Assembly (NCBI RefSeq): GCF_037042905.1
Contig: NC_087252.1
Location: 7,566,001 to 7,630,000 of the forward strand
DNA length: 64,000 nt
Reading direction: 5' to 3'
Source: Lytechinus pictus
Taxonomy: Eukaryota
This document shows positions 38,155-51,900 of this stretch, piece after piece. The notes beneath the pieces were generated by a model, which was not told the origin of the DNA, ran no database searches, and saw only the letters and a list, made by a program, of their open reading frames with translations. How positions within the stretch are numbered: the first letter of the stretch is position 1; the number at the start of each line of letters is the position of its first letter. The position numbers were made by a program, and so were the translations under genes.

Positions 38155-38835
38155 ATCACATCACATCACATCAGGTACGGAAATGAAGGACTTCTCCTGT
38201 AGGTTTTCCGATCTTTACTTCCGGTAATTGATGATTATCTAGACAGTGCGTTGAGAAATGGAGGTTTTAAATCTTTCCCCCACCAAAATTTATCCAACAG
38301 ATGTTTAAACATTTCCACTGATTTAGCTTCCACTACTTCTGTAGGCAGTTTGTTCCAGTCAGAAATTGCTCTTTGACTATAAAATTTACTCCTAAGTTCC
38401 AGCCGAGATCGTCCTGTGAAAAGCTTGAACTTGTGACCTCTAGTTGCTGAATTGATTGCTAGTGTAAAGAATGTGTCACTCGAGATCCCAAACTTTCCAT
38501 TTAACAGTTTGTATTACAGTAATCATATCTCCTCTTCATCTTCTATAAAACAGTGAGTGAAGGTTTAGTCTCTCTAGACGTTGCTCATATGGTAAGCTCT
38601 TGAGACCAGGAATCATGCGAGTAGCTCTCCTTTGCACCTTCTCTACTTTGTCTGCATCCATTTTGAATCTCACATGCCATAAAATGTTCCCATATTCCAG
38701 ATGAGGTCAAACCAGAGATACAAACAATATTGGTAATATTTCAGGGGTTATTTGAGAAAAGGTCCTGTGTATTAATTATTCCAAGTATTTGGTTAGCTTT
38801 CTAAACAGCTGCTGAGACATGTTGGTGAAAATTGA
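38155..38835 (-). mobile_element. 5'-truncated CR1-clade LINE (ORF2 C-terminus, 3' UTR, (GTGAT)n tail), degraded
   Basis: Minus-strand translation PHLEYG...EKVQRRATRMIPGLKSLPYEQRL...RGDMI...FYSQRAISDWNKLPTEVVEAKSVEMFKHLLDKFW, with stops/frameshifts. Tandem atcac tail on the plus strand. Confidence 0.85.
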
Positions 38836-38884
38836 GCTCTTCATCCATAATAACAATATGAAGAATCTTGCATTTTTTAGTGTT

Positions 38885-41256
38885 TCCACCAAAATAATCA
38901 CAAAAACTGCGGGATTACTGATTTCATGATGTAATCGGAGGAACAAGTTATTGAGTTTTCATAACTAGATCTAGTTGTTTCAGCTTTCGTTTTAAGTCTT
39001 GTTGTGATCGGTGCGAACTTGTAATGGGATGAGAGATGTGTGATGCTGCGATGTTTCATCTAATTTTTAAGTTTCACAATGTTTCACTTTGAAATTTTAT
39101 TCATTTCTAAAACATTTTAGTTTTCTGACAATTTTTGAAATATATCGACCCCCCCCCAAAAAAAAAAACATCATTAAGACTTTTGTTAGATAATTGGATT
39201 TTTATTTGTTTGCTTGAAGTTTGAACTCTTTTCCTCTGTCTTTCTTCGTTTTCTTTCTTTTCTATCATTCTTTCTTCATCCTCCTCCCCTTCCTGCTTGC
39301 CTTTTTTTATCCATCTATCTTTATTTCCAATCTTTCTTAGCTTTCTATTCTCATACCGGTACTTTCTCTCTGTTTATTTTTCTTTCCTTCCTTCTTTCTC
39401 TTACTTTCCTTCTTTTTTAAATATCAGGCATGAAAATTGGGTATGAAAAAAAAAGCTGAAAGGGTTTTGGAAATTTCGTTGACAAGCCCACCGGGCGAGC
39501 GGCTTGCCGCTCGCTGCTAACGGGTGGGGTCCAGGGGCCCGCCTTAGGGCCCCTGGTGGGGTCCAGGGGCAACGCCCCGGTGGGGGTCCAGGGGGCAACG
39601 CCCCTTGAAGCTCCTGGGTTTTATCCATTTTACAAATCCAAAAACCTGTTTGAGTTGAATGATTGTAATGAAGTATTTATATGGATTTTTTGTCAGTGTT
39701 TGTCCAAAATTCAATTAAAAAATACTAAAAAATAGCAAGAGCACTTCCCTGGTTTATCAAGTTTCCTGATCACTTCAAGCAGGTTGTACGAAGAATTGTC
39801 GGGTCCTCTCACCTCCACCTCTAACCAACTCCATCGCCACATATTAGCAAGTCCACGGTCAATTTCATGAACATCTTTTGAAAGTCTATCCACAACATCT
39901 GTGCGGTCACAAGTTAGTCCCCCACAAAATGCCATTTTTCTTGATTTGTTATTACAACAACAAGAAAAAACAAAATTCTTGGATTTCCAGCAAATTAATA
40001 TTCGCGAATTATAAATGCGTCATGAAAATTCCATGTCACGTCACAAATCTCTGCGAGCACATTCAGCTTCTTTATCGGTCTTCCACCGGTCCGATATGAT
40101 ATGCGCGCCCGGTCGCTGCATGCCCGGCGCGCCGGGTTGCCCCCAGCGATTGCAAGCACACCACCGCTGCACTGCATGCACAGAAACGTAAAACACACCG
40201 CAAATACACGTGTAGAGTTGAGATGTGCTAGATAAGAGATTCCTGCGCAATCGTTGTAAAGGCCGAACGTCATATAACACGTAAGATATGCTAAAACATT
40301 TTAGCGCTAAAAATCGGAAATTAAAACGCGGATTTTAGGAGTAAAAAAAATGGAAATTCAGCAAACAAAAAACGCGGAAATCCGCGGAAACGCGGAGAAT
40401 TTTCATGCCTGAAATATTCTTTTTTATTTCTTTCCTTAAACTTTTCTTTGCTTCCTTCTCCCCTCTCCTTTTTCTTTTTGTTCTTTCTCTCCTTCCATTA
40501 TTTTCTTTCTTTGTTCATTCTCTCCTCCCTCCCTTTCTTTCATTCTTTATTTTTTTCCCCTTCTTATTCTTTCCCTTCCTTCCTTTTTACCTTCCTGCTT
40601 TTTCATCTTTTCCTTTTTTTGTTTATTTCAAAGAATGAAGGAAAATAGGAAAATTTTTCCTTTCCTTAACTTCAGTATTTCTTTCTTCCTCCTTTTTTCT
40701 TACTTTCTTTTTTTCCTTTCTCTCCTTTATTTCTTCTTTCACAGTCACACATTCATTCATCTTCCCTTCCTTTATTTTTCTTACCTTTTCCTTAAAAAAA
40801 AATTCATTTCACAGAATGATAGAAACCTTTTTTCTTTCTTTCATCCAATCTTTTATTCTTTAATTTTTCCTTCTTTTTCTTTACTTCATTTCCCCCTTCA
40901 TTTTGTCTCTCTTTCCTCTCCATTAATCTCTTTTCTTTCCTCTTCTTTCTCTCCTTCATTCTTTCGTTCGCTTTCCCTTTCCCTTCCTTTTCTTTACTTC
41001 ATTTCCCCCTTCATTTTGTCTCTCTTTCCTCTCCATTAATCTCTTTTCTTTCCTCTCTTCTTTCTCTACTTCATTCTTTCGTTCGCTTTCCTTTTCTCTT
41101 CTAACATTGTGTAAGTGTAACTGTGTAGCCCTGTCTAACTTTAAGTCTTTGATGATTTTTTTATTATTATTAAAGTGGCTCGGCCCGGTCGATCCGCTCG
41201 TGCATCGTGCTTTGTCCCGTATTTCAATTTTCGTTTTGTGAAATCTGGTCACCCTG
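38885..41256. mobile_element. Second copy of the Blackjack-like element, interrupted by a nested transposon
   Basis: Near-identity to 14290-14530 (gtttcactttgaaattttattcatttctaaaacattt). Same pyrimidine tract and terminal tctggtcaccctg. Confidence 0.65.
39425..40411. mobile_element. Nested non-autonomous DNA transposon with 6-bp TSD
   Basis: Perfect TIRs CAGGCATGAAAATT / AATTTTCATGCCTG, with AAATAT directly on both sides. Confidence 0.8.
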
Positions 41257-41259
41257 GCT

Positions 41260-41650
41260 AGGGGGGTCAGAATTAAAATTTTTGGGGTGTCAGTAGGCGG
41301 GCCCCGCGATCGCGAGCTAGCCACCGCGCGAATATAGGTCTGGAGCCGAGTCGGGCATCAGGAAGGAGTGCAGACTCTGCGGGCTCCGCCTCGCCTAGGC
41401 CTGGGCGCGGACGTCCGTGGCAAGGCAACACACCATTTTGCCAATGCCAGACAGATAGGTCATGTTTGCCCTTCAAATTTGTCGAATAAAATGAGAAAAT
41501 AGCCACATAGTGCATCTTACATTCGTCACCAATGATTCAAATAACAATATAGATAATGTGTAGAAATAGCGGATTCAACATACCAAGAAAATAAGACGTT
41601 CTTTCGAAGACAAATTTGTGCTCCATCGACCGACCGTACCGCAGGCCGTT
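41260..41650 (-). promoter_or_regulatory. Possible promoter / 5' UTR exon of copy 3 (donor at 41521/41520)
   Basis: GC/CpG-rich patch next to the same transposon end (tctggtcaccctg) that precedes the copy-1 5' block. Minus-strand GTAAG donor. Confidence 0.35.
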
Positions 41651-41740
41651 TATTGTTGTATGACACAAATAAAAAATGAAAATTTTGACCCCAATTAATT
41701 AACGGGGACATTTGTGTTGATTTATCATCATCATCACATC

Positions 41741-42728
41741 CAGGGGCGTAGACAACGGGGGGGATGAGGGGGATGCATCCCCCCCACCTCACAAGGTGGG
41801 GGGGATGGCATGTACAATCATCCCCCCCCCAGGTTTTGGGGAATGATATTTGGTTACTTAATAAGTCATAATGATGATAATAATAGTAATAATAATAATG
41901 ATAACAATTATAATATTAATAATAATAATAATTATGATGATGATAATAATATTCCTCATCATTATTGTAATTGTGTTTATTGTTATTAGCCGTTATGGTT
42001 CCGATTTCTTCACAAACTTACAAAGCAGTATTGTTACTCCATGGATCATAGTGATACTGTTTATGTTTTTTGTATCTGTATGTTAATGAGCCGCCAGCCA
42101 ATATCCATCTATGGATACTATGCCTGTTTCTTTGAGGTAAAAAAAAAGCATAGTATGTACGTATTCATTATGCTTTATAATGAACAGACATATTGTTATT
42201 TGTTTGTTGTTTATGTGTTCTATTCACAAATGGCCACAGAGGCTGTTTTCATTCATAACCACATACCCATATCAAGACAACAAAGACTATACCTGCGTGT
42301 ACACAGTTGACATTGGTTTTTTTTCTGACGAGGTGTAACAGCAAAATTCACAGAGATAAATAAATACGTAGTGTGGTTCAATATGCAATACTATGTGTCA
42401 GTCCATTCTGTATTCGTATGCCACGGTGTGTAGATCTTGTCGATGTATGTCTGTCCATTCAAGGCGTAGTATGTGTGTGGTGCGCGCACCCGTGTGTGTG
42501 TGTGTGTGTGTGTGCGTGCGCGCTTGTGTGTGTTATTTTACCTCATTAAGTATGCATCAGATTGCACGATTTCAAGTTCAAAATTGCAAAAGCTCCCTAC
42601 CGTGGGAGGGGGGACACCCCCCTCCCCCCGCTCGGTCGCTTCGCTCCCTCGCTCGGGCGCTTCGCGCCCTCACTAGCGTTGGCAGCCCAGTCATCCCCCC
42701 CAGGTGTACGAACCTGTCTACGCCACTG
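41741..42728. mobile_element. hAT-type non-autonomous element
   Basis: TIRs CAGGGGCGTAGAC / GTCTACGCCACTG. Exact 8-bp TSD ATCACATC. Confidence 0.85.
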
Positions 42729-42786
42729 ATCACATCACATCAGGTACGGAAATGAAGGACTTCTCCTGTAGGATTTTCCGATCTTT
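42729..42786 (-). mobile_element. Very short 3' end of the same CR1 LINE family
   Basis: atcacatcacatcaggtacggaaatgaaggacttctcctgtagg is identical to 38160-38203. Confidence 0.75.
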
Positions 42787-44003
42787 GCCCGATCCGATCT
42801 TGAGAGACCCCAAAACCCTGTGAAAATTCCAGGATTATCAAAGTGGTAGCATTTTCATTGAATTTGATTGCAATTAAACTTAAAAAACTAAGTACATGAT
42901 GCTGGGTGATGATCCCTGGCAGTTAGGGGAAGTGTTACTGTAGTTTTATATATCTATAAGGACCCTTAATTTCTGTGATATTTTATTGTTCTACCCCCCC
43001 CCCCCATCAAAAAGCAGTTTGAGCACTTATCTCAAAATTTGCCGTTGCAAAATTCATCCAATCAATATAGATACATTCATATCCTCCAAATCATAAATGT
43101 TTTTGGGCATACATCATCTAAAAAATAATTGGGAAACCGACTTGTACTTTTGGATTTACTCAAACTTAGGCATTAATATAATTTGGTTGTCCATTTTTCT
43201 TTAAAAAATCATAATCAGATTCATGTAGAGATGCTTTTTAATCCATTTTTTCTCATTTCTTCCCAATCCAGTCTGCCTTGTTGTTGTTCGTTTTGGGCCT
43301 GTTTCACGCCCTAGTAGTCTCCTCGGTAGACACTTAGTGTTGAGAACTCAAAGGTAGAAAAACTGCTAGGTAATTGCCTTCTCCTCTCTTTATTATTTTG
43401 TTCTCCCCCACTGAGCCCTCCTCTCTGTTAAAGTTAATCTCTCTCCTATCTCTCTCTCTCACACACATAAAACCCACCCACCCACACACACACACATGTT
43501 CATCCTTGAGGATGGTAGTATACTTGTATATCCACATACACTGTTCTCTTTGTCTAATCTAATCCATGTCTCACAAAACTGTACAAATTGTAATGCATTG
43601 TTATATTTATTCTTAACGAAATAATTTTTTATAGATTTTTCTCACATATGTAGAAACAATATAAGAAACATACTTAAAACATTCTAAAATAATACATAAC
43701 ATGACTTTTTAAATTTTTCATGTACATACTGTCTGTGCACATATGTAAATGCAAGAGACCATTCCAAGAGTTTCAAGAGTAAAATATATATTCGGTGTGA
43801 ATAGCCCATCTGCTTATTCTGTTTGACAACAAGATTTGAGAGTTTCAGTTATGATCCCCGTTATCCTAAGGTTCCCACCCTCCAAAAAGTAGTACATAAG
43901 ATGTATTTCTCCTTTATTTCAGATTTGTTAATGGCAGTCAAAATGGAAAATTTCATTTATTAAAAATGTACATGTACCACTCCCTGTGAATTTCACCACT
44001 CTA

Positions 44004-44277
44004 CAAGGGCGGAAATCTCTCCCCAAAGGTAGGGGGGGGGGGGGAACAGGGGCTGGAAAATTTGACAAGCCCCTCCCCCTCTCCCCAAAAAGAAGGTTAT
44101 CACCATAAATGTCAGGTCATCTCCACCCCCCAAAAAAATACATGTTTTATTTACATTTTGAATGATGTATTTCTTTCCATCATAAAAGACCCAAAAATAG
44201 TAGGAGGGACATTTGATATTGTGTCCCCCTACTATTTTGGGTAGGGGGGATATGTCCCCCTGGGATTTCCGCCCAAG
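44004..44277. mobile_element. hAT-type MITE
   Basis: TIRs CAAGGGCGGAAATC / GATTTCCGCCCAAG. Exact 8-bp TSD CCACTCTA. Confidence 0.85.
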
Positions 44278-45947
44278 CCACTCTAAACTTTAAATACAAG
44301 AAAAAGAAGGCTTTTAACCAATATTATAACACAATTTTCTACATAAAATTATTGAAACTATCATCAGCTCCATTTCACTAACCAACAAAACAAAAACAAT
44401 ACACATTTCATGTGAAATAAATTAATCAGACAGGAATAAAAATTTAAAAATGAGATGTACAATATGAATGAGTGCTTGTCATTGAAAACTGAGTTGAAAG
44501 AAAAAAAAATTTCAATTCATACCTTATAAAAGGGATCAAATGCCCATTTCATGATGAAAGCACCAAAAATCTATCTTTATTTATAGAAAACCAAGCTGGA
44601 CTATTATCGTCTGTAAACGGATTCAACAGACATAAGCATTCCTTGTGCAAATTCCACGCGTCTGCATTTTGTCTAATCAGCCTATTTTCTCGTTTGGCTT
44701 CCCATAGCATAGAAATGGTGTCGAGCTGGAAATATGAGGCCTTCATGAAAAGGGCCCTAAGAGGCATTGCAAGATACTTGCAATTAATTGCAAGTAAATT
44801 CTAATACAAATCTTACAAACGATTGTAAATTTGTGGCTCATTGCATGTCTGCTTTTTGCAACAGAAAATATGAATTGATTTGCTACAAAAAATATTGATT
44901 CATCAAATAATAAAATTGCAATTTCATTTTGTAGTTGATTGCAAATAACTCTCTTTTCTAATATCTTCATGCATCTTGCAACAAAAGAAATAAATTGATT
45001 TGCTATACTTAACATTGATCAATAAAAAGTATTTATAACAAATGACATTTGTAACTGATTGTATATAACTTACATTTGCAACATATAATTGGTCTGGTTA
45101 GTAGTTACACAATGAAACATACAAAAACAATGAAACAAATTACTTTGAAATTGCAATTTTTTTTTACCTTGTTTTATATAAACAAACATGGTAAAAGGAA
45201 GACCACATCAGCAATTCTTTCTTGTCTTATCAGCATGCTCCATATACATACATGTATCTGTGAAATGGAATGACTGGATATATCACTAAAGTTTCTTTTA
45301 TATTTGTTCTGCAAGATGCTAATAAGTAATGAACTTTTACACATGGCACATAAAAAATAGGCGAAGGATGGCAAAAGTTTAACTGTCACATTTTACATTG
45401 TAAAATATAGCCAAACCATTACGGGTGATTAGAATTGATGTTATTCAGATGACGATGATTTCACATTAGTGACTTTCATTAACTCATCTGCCCGACTTTG
45501 GAAAAAGGAAGCAAGTGACACATCAGTCAAGTTTGAGTTATTGTTGTTTCTGAAACACCCTTTGTGTATTGCATGTTCAGACAAAATTTGGGAAGAAATT
45601 ATCATTTAATGGAAAGATATTGAAGAAAATATGCTGTTAAATTGCATTGACACCTCTGTAAATGACAAACCCACATTGCTCATTTACAACAAATGATACT
45701 TTTGTAACTTGCTTCCTTTTGCCAAAGTACAGCAGTAATCCATGAATGTCCTTTTCTCATAGGTCCATGAATCAATTATGATCAATCAATGAGGTGCAGC
45801 AGTTTATATTTTATGTACGCCAACAAGACTGGGAAAAGTGTAAACATTTTTTTTCAATGGACAAGTGACTGTGCAGCACTAAAAATTTCTATGCCCATTT
45901 ATAGAATTCTGTTACTGTTAAGAGCTCTGTCAAATTTTCAAAACTCT

Positions 45948-48900
45948 TCATGTCTGTTTGCTACTAATATCTCCTTGTTCTTTATGTCTAAACATATGGT
46001 AAGTATAGTTCTGATTCAAAGAGAACGTTTTCCCACAAATATTGCACAAAAAATCCTTTTTCTCTGTATGCATTGCTTTTATATGAGTATTGAGAACATG
46101 CTTTGCTGTGAAACCTTTACCGCACTGCAAGCAAACATAGGGTCGAACACCTTTGTGGCGACGCTCATGTTTTGTGAAGTTCCCTTTATCAGCAAATCCC
46201 TTATTACAGACTGAACAGAAGAAGCGCAACTTCTGCGTCCGATGGATACGTCGCTTGTGATCTTGGACGGCTTTCTTGATTCTGAAACCTCTGCCGCAGA
46301 TGTCGCATGAAAATGGTTTCAGTCCGTTGTGTTCTCCCTGATGATTGTTGAGGGCACTCTCCGATCCAAAGGTCTTAGGACAGAGCGTGCAACGATACAT
46401 ACGATTCTCTTCATGGCTACGAAGATGATCTATCAGCCGATACTCGCTACCAAAAATCTTTGGACAATGAGGACACTTGAAAACAACATCGCCAGTGTGC
46501 TGCTCCTTTTCATGAGTCCTGACACTACTGCGTAAGCTGTATCTCTTTGGACAATAGCGACACTTGAATGGCCGAAGGTAGTAGTTGGTGGTTTTACCAA
46601 GCATATCCTTGGGTTCTTCAGGCATTGCAGCATCTATCAGCATCTTTCCTGTTTTTGGTCCATTCTTGGAGGAAGCCTTGTGCGTTTGTTCATGCTTCTT
46701 GAAAGCTGCTTTATACGGGAACGTCTCAAAACAGACTTTGCATTGATGACCATGAAATTCATTTCGATGCTTGCGTAGCCCCGCTTTTGTTTTATACGTG
46801 CGATTGCATTCATTGCATTTGAGCACAAGGGGTTCATGCGTCTTCATGTGCTTTGCGAGGGTCCGAGAATTGATCTCTTTCTTGTCACATATCGGACAAG
46901 TATGACCCTTACTGAATTTATGAAAAGACTCATGCTCCTTTAGTTTACCAAGGCAAGAGAAAGACTTCTCACATGTTCCACACTGAAATACAAGTTCTCC
47001 CTCTTTGTTCACTTGGGTCTCTACTGTCAAATTTTCTTGGGTCGGGATATCAGTCTCCAATGGTTTCTTACTCTTTTTCCTCTTCCACATGAGCACTGGG
47101 TAGAGTTCTTCCAATCTATCCTGGGAGTGTTCACATCGCATATGTCTTAGGATCAGTTTAGCAGATGAGAACTGGTCCTCACACAAGGTACACTGGAACT
47201 TTTGTGTATCTGAAATTTAAAGAGAAATTACAAACCTTTTTATCATGAATTTCACCTTCAAGATACCTCTGGAATGGAGTCTCTCAAGGGTCTAACTTAG
47301 GACCTATATCTTTCTTCTTTTTTTTAGGAAAGAGGACTTCTTTTACAAGCCTGCCTGTAACACATTTTTGTTTTACTTAATCAGTTTCCTCTGTGACATG
47401 CAATAGTATAGACTACGAAAAAAATATGGTCGTTGAATTAACAATATTCATGCACAGAAATGAACAAGATTTTAATCATCTTATCTTGTATGGATGTACA
47501 TATGATCCACAAGATTAGGTTGTTTTTTAATGTTGTGTGTTATTATCATACAATTCATTTAACAAGATATTCACTCAAGATAGCTTTAGGTTGTTGAGAG
47601 TAAATGCATAAGACTCACCCTGGTTGAAAGTGAGTTCATTCAATTTAGTATGGATTCCAACACGCTTGGCGTATTCTGCGTTGTAGAAGACCTTGAGTTC
47701 ACTTCCTGGTTCAATGACCCTTGTGTTTCTAAAGTAGATTTCACCATAGAATTGATAGGCTTCCATGTTCTGTTCTTCTTCACTCTGTGCACATCTTACA
47801 TGAGACATCCAGGTTTTACGTCCATCGAGGTAGAAGAATACTTGTCCAGAGATGCAGATCTAAAAATATTTTGAAATGCAAGGAGAAATGGGGACAGGGT
47901 ATGTCTTATAATAATCAGTCAACGACATTTTGCCACTCAACTCCAGGAGGCAGTAGATTATGTGTAACGTGTTATTTCCATCAATGTTGTATAGTCTATA
48001 ACGTTAATGCCAAGTTCCCATTGTCACAATTTGGGTCAAGAATGAACCCATATTCTAAAGTCGGGTTTAACTAAAACTTAGGTCTAAAGTTGTGGTTTAA
48101 GTATCGACAGCCAATTGTTACATAAATCACTAACAGTAGAGATATAATATTTCAGCTCATTTAGCTCTCATATCATTCATAATTGTGTAGGAAGTATAAA
48201 TGAATAATCAAGCCCGAGTCATATCGATTATTTTGAAAATCGGTGTTCGACAGCTTTAATTCGATAGAACATCGATGCATCGAATTTTAAAGGCGCGGCG
48301 GGGAAAATCAAGTCAATTCTATTTTGCTCCGGCAGTCGCGTCGATGCGCTATGCACGCATTGCATGCACTGACGGTATGTGCTGGTCGGGTGAGCGTTGC
48401 ACAAGCAGATGACAGAGCAAAGTTTGATTGTATTTTCCATGATCACAAAACACAAAAAAAGCCGGGGACCAATGCAGAATTCTTCCCAAAATATCATCAA
48501 CAATGATATTTGCAGATGACAACATATAAGTTTAAAATGAAACAATATCAAAGACATGAATCACGCAGAGTCGATCCGAACGATTTTCGGTCAACTAGCA
48601 TTCGCGGTCCAGACTCGCACACACCAACCCCGCCCGCAGCCCCGTACACTCACTCTCCCGAAACGACAGGCGTGCTTGATGCCAGCGCCAGCAAACAAGT
48701 GCAACCAGCGGGAGCACTGTAACTTGCCTGATATTGTGTAGTTGGATCCAAAATGAGCTCCAAATTGATGGGAATAAATACGTAATTTTTTCTGGATGGT
48801 CATTTGAATTGGTATTCAATGCTGATATAACGATTTTGAGGAAAGATTGTGGAATATGAGTTATGACGATGTTCGAGAATTAATCCTGATATGATAATCC

Positions 48901-51900
48901 ACTTTTTTATATTTTAGACACAAGACAAGAGCATGCGATCGAAATAAATATGAATGTCTCGGATCGAGCTCTAAATTCATATAAATTATTTTTGGATGTT
49001 AAATAATTATGATTTAATAAGATTTTATGGCCATACTAAAAATATTGACGATGTAAGCAAAGTATGTCATGTTCATTAATAGTATTATACTGGCATTATT
49101 TTTATTCCACTCTGGCCTGGACGTCTCCGGAGCTAGCTCCGAGAAAAAGAAGCACAATGTGCATGCGCGTTCGTTGACGTAGGACATATTTTCCATTCAT
49201 TAAATCAGAGCCCAAAGTTGGGCACAAACTAGCTTCAAATTGATGAAAAAAAATATCAAACGCAATTTTCTGTTTTGTCATGTAAAATGTTATTACATGG
49301 TGATATTACGATCTTCAAAAGAGTTTCTGCATGTTGACAATTTTCGAGAATCAATCCTGACGTGATAATTTTTTTTTAGACAAGTGCACTCACTCAAGTC
49401 GATCGTCATGTGATCTCCGTCATTGAAAATTGAAACGATTTAACGTTTCACATCAAGCTCTAAATTCATATTAATGATTATCATATGCAAATTATTGTTA
49501 AATATTACGATTAAATAATGTTCTATGGTCATGATATTAATATTGTTGATGATAGCAAGGTTTATTTTACGTTAATCACATCAATTTTCCGGCTATTTTC
49601 TGGTTTGATTAATATAAAAGCACAGTACCGTACTGCGCATACGCTGCACGATCGATGACTTCCATTCATGAATTCATCATGCATAAATTATCTCGGCACG
49701 AGCAGACGAGTGAGACTCGAACTATGATCAAAATAAACTTCAAATTAATGGTGAATAGGCATCATGATAGTAAAGTTGGACATTACTCTATTTTGATGAT
49801 TGATCGTGTGAACCAAATGAATCGGCCGGCCAACATATTTTTTTTTCTTCAATGCACCGATTTTGCAAAATCTGTACCAGCGCTCGCCGCTCGATGACAT
49901 CGATCGAACACCGATTTTAAAATCGATTCGACTCAGGCTTATAAATGATTGTCTTCACCATCGATAAATAAGGAAAGAGCACAGTAAACAAAAGAACCAC
50001 ACAACTTAATAAAAATTTTGACACATTTGGCTTCCCATAATTTTAGCACAGAGTTAGACCATGGTTTAAGTTAAACCCGACTACAGAATACGGGCCATGG
50101 TCTTTGAGTAATCAGAGTGATCGTGTTAGATCTTATCACATCTTGAGATCAGCCGTGGCAATCATTGTGATTGTAAACCGTGTTTGGACAGCTCAACATT
50201 ATTCGTGATAAGCTATGGAAGGCCAATTGTAACAGATCGCAAAACAGAAGGAACAAGGTATTACCAAAGAAATTGATGCTCCTAAAAGCCTTCTGGTCTC
50301 TTTTTTTTCTCACAGAACGTGTTTATTGATCAAAACAATTTGATTGCACATATATTGAAACATGATTGAAAACATGGATATTTACTGATAAGTCTTCACT
50401 CAAGATTTGGCAGGGCAATGAATGATTATTTCATCTCGTCTCTTTGTGTGATAGACTGCACACAGGGTGATTTCAAGTACAATATTGAATGGTGTTAGTG
50501 AGTATTGGGGAAAGCAAACACCAGCCACAACACTTGACTTGACGCAAGGCTGGTGATGTGATTAAAGTCACTCAATGTTGAGCTATTAATGATGTGGTCA
50601 TTATCATTTTCTGAAAGCAATAGTGCTTTATTATATATTTTTGTTGGTTTAGTTCAGCAACCTGGGGCCCGTAACACAAAGCTTAGCAATGATCGTAGAA
50701 CATATTTCTACGATTGATTCCATTGACTACAATGTACAATCAATCGTAAAAATCAAGCGTATGATTAATCACTAACCTTTGTGTTTCAGGACCCAGATTT
50801 GGCCTGTATCAACTATCACAATGAATTATCATCTAAGCACAAACATTATGACTGAGCATTGCTGAATTACCTCCCATGTAGAATCTTTGGCTAAACCCTG
50901 CTCTTCATTCATCAGAGATCCTGTGTAAGGGCCAAACTCAGACCCCTTCTCCACAGTCCCTTTGGCCAGGACACCTTCAACCTTGCCATCTACCGACCAC
51001 TTATACGACAGACCCTGAGGAAGTTCTGGAGTTGAGGATATCTTTCTGTTCTTCTTGAGGTTGAGTGCTACCAGGATGGAAGGCTCGTTGTTGGACGTGT
51101 TGGAGCTGTTCGGAGCAGGAGGATGAGTGTTCTGTTGAGATGACGGGATTTCACTGTCCTTTATCTGTTCCTTTGCTGGAAGTCGTTTGGACAGAGCTGG
51201 TGGAATGGGTGGCTGGCCTGGTAAAAGAAAGCACAAGGCATCTTGGTGAGCGGATCCTCATGCAAAATTATGCATTTTTACAATTATGAAGGAAACTTTT
51301 TCCTTTAACAAATTGATTGATATGATAATAAGGATTACTTCAGGATTTTTATCAATCCATGGTTATGAGTACACTGTGGCTAATTAATCCCTCAGGATTT
51401 ATGCTCATTCATGACATCACAATAAGGGAACAACTTGCTCACATGCATTTCAAAACACACAAATTCTTTGTACCTTGTGTGATGTTTTCACAGTGTGGAG
51501 GATGAGTTGTGAGGAGTGGTGCGTAGCTTGCTGCCTGGGTTGTTGACTTGACCCTCTGATCTCTGATAGTGGCCGGCAGTTGATGGTGAGCTGGATGCAC
51601 AGTGTTTGGGTTTGGAAGCACTGGAGTCGAATCTTTTCACAAGAAACCAAAGGGAAGAGAGTAAAATAGATCATCAAGGCTTTGCTGCCCTTTGGTATAG
51701 TATGCTAACTGCCATGGCATCCTTCAGTTTATTGGCCATAGTACAGTAGTTACCAATGTTTCTGTAACAATTCTGTAACAAACAGGCCCTATCCTGGAAT
51801 CCTCAGGGGCAGGCCCAGGAACTGGAGAAGGGATCTTGATGCCAACATCAAAGAGCTTGGAATGGGATGGCAAACCGTAGTGAATGCAGCCCGGGACCGA

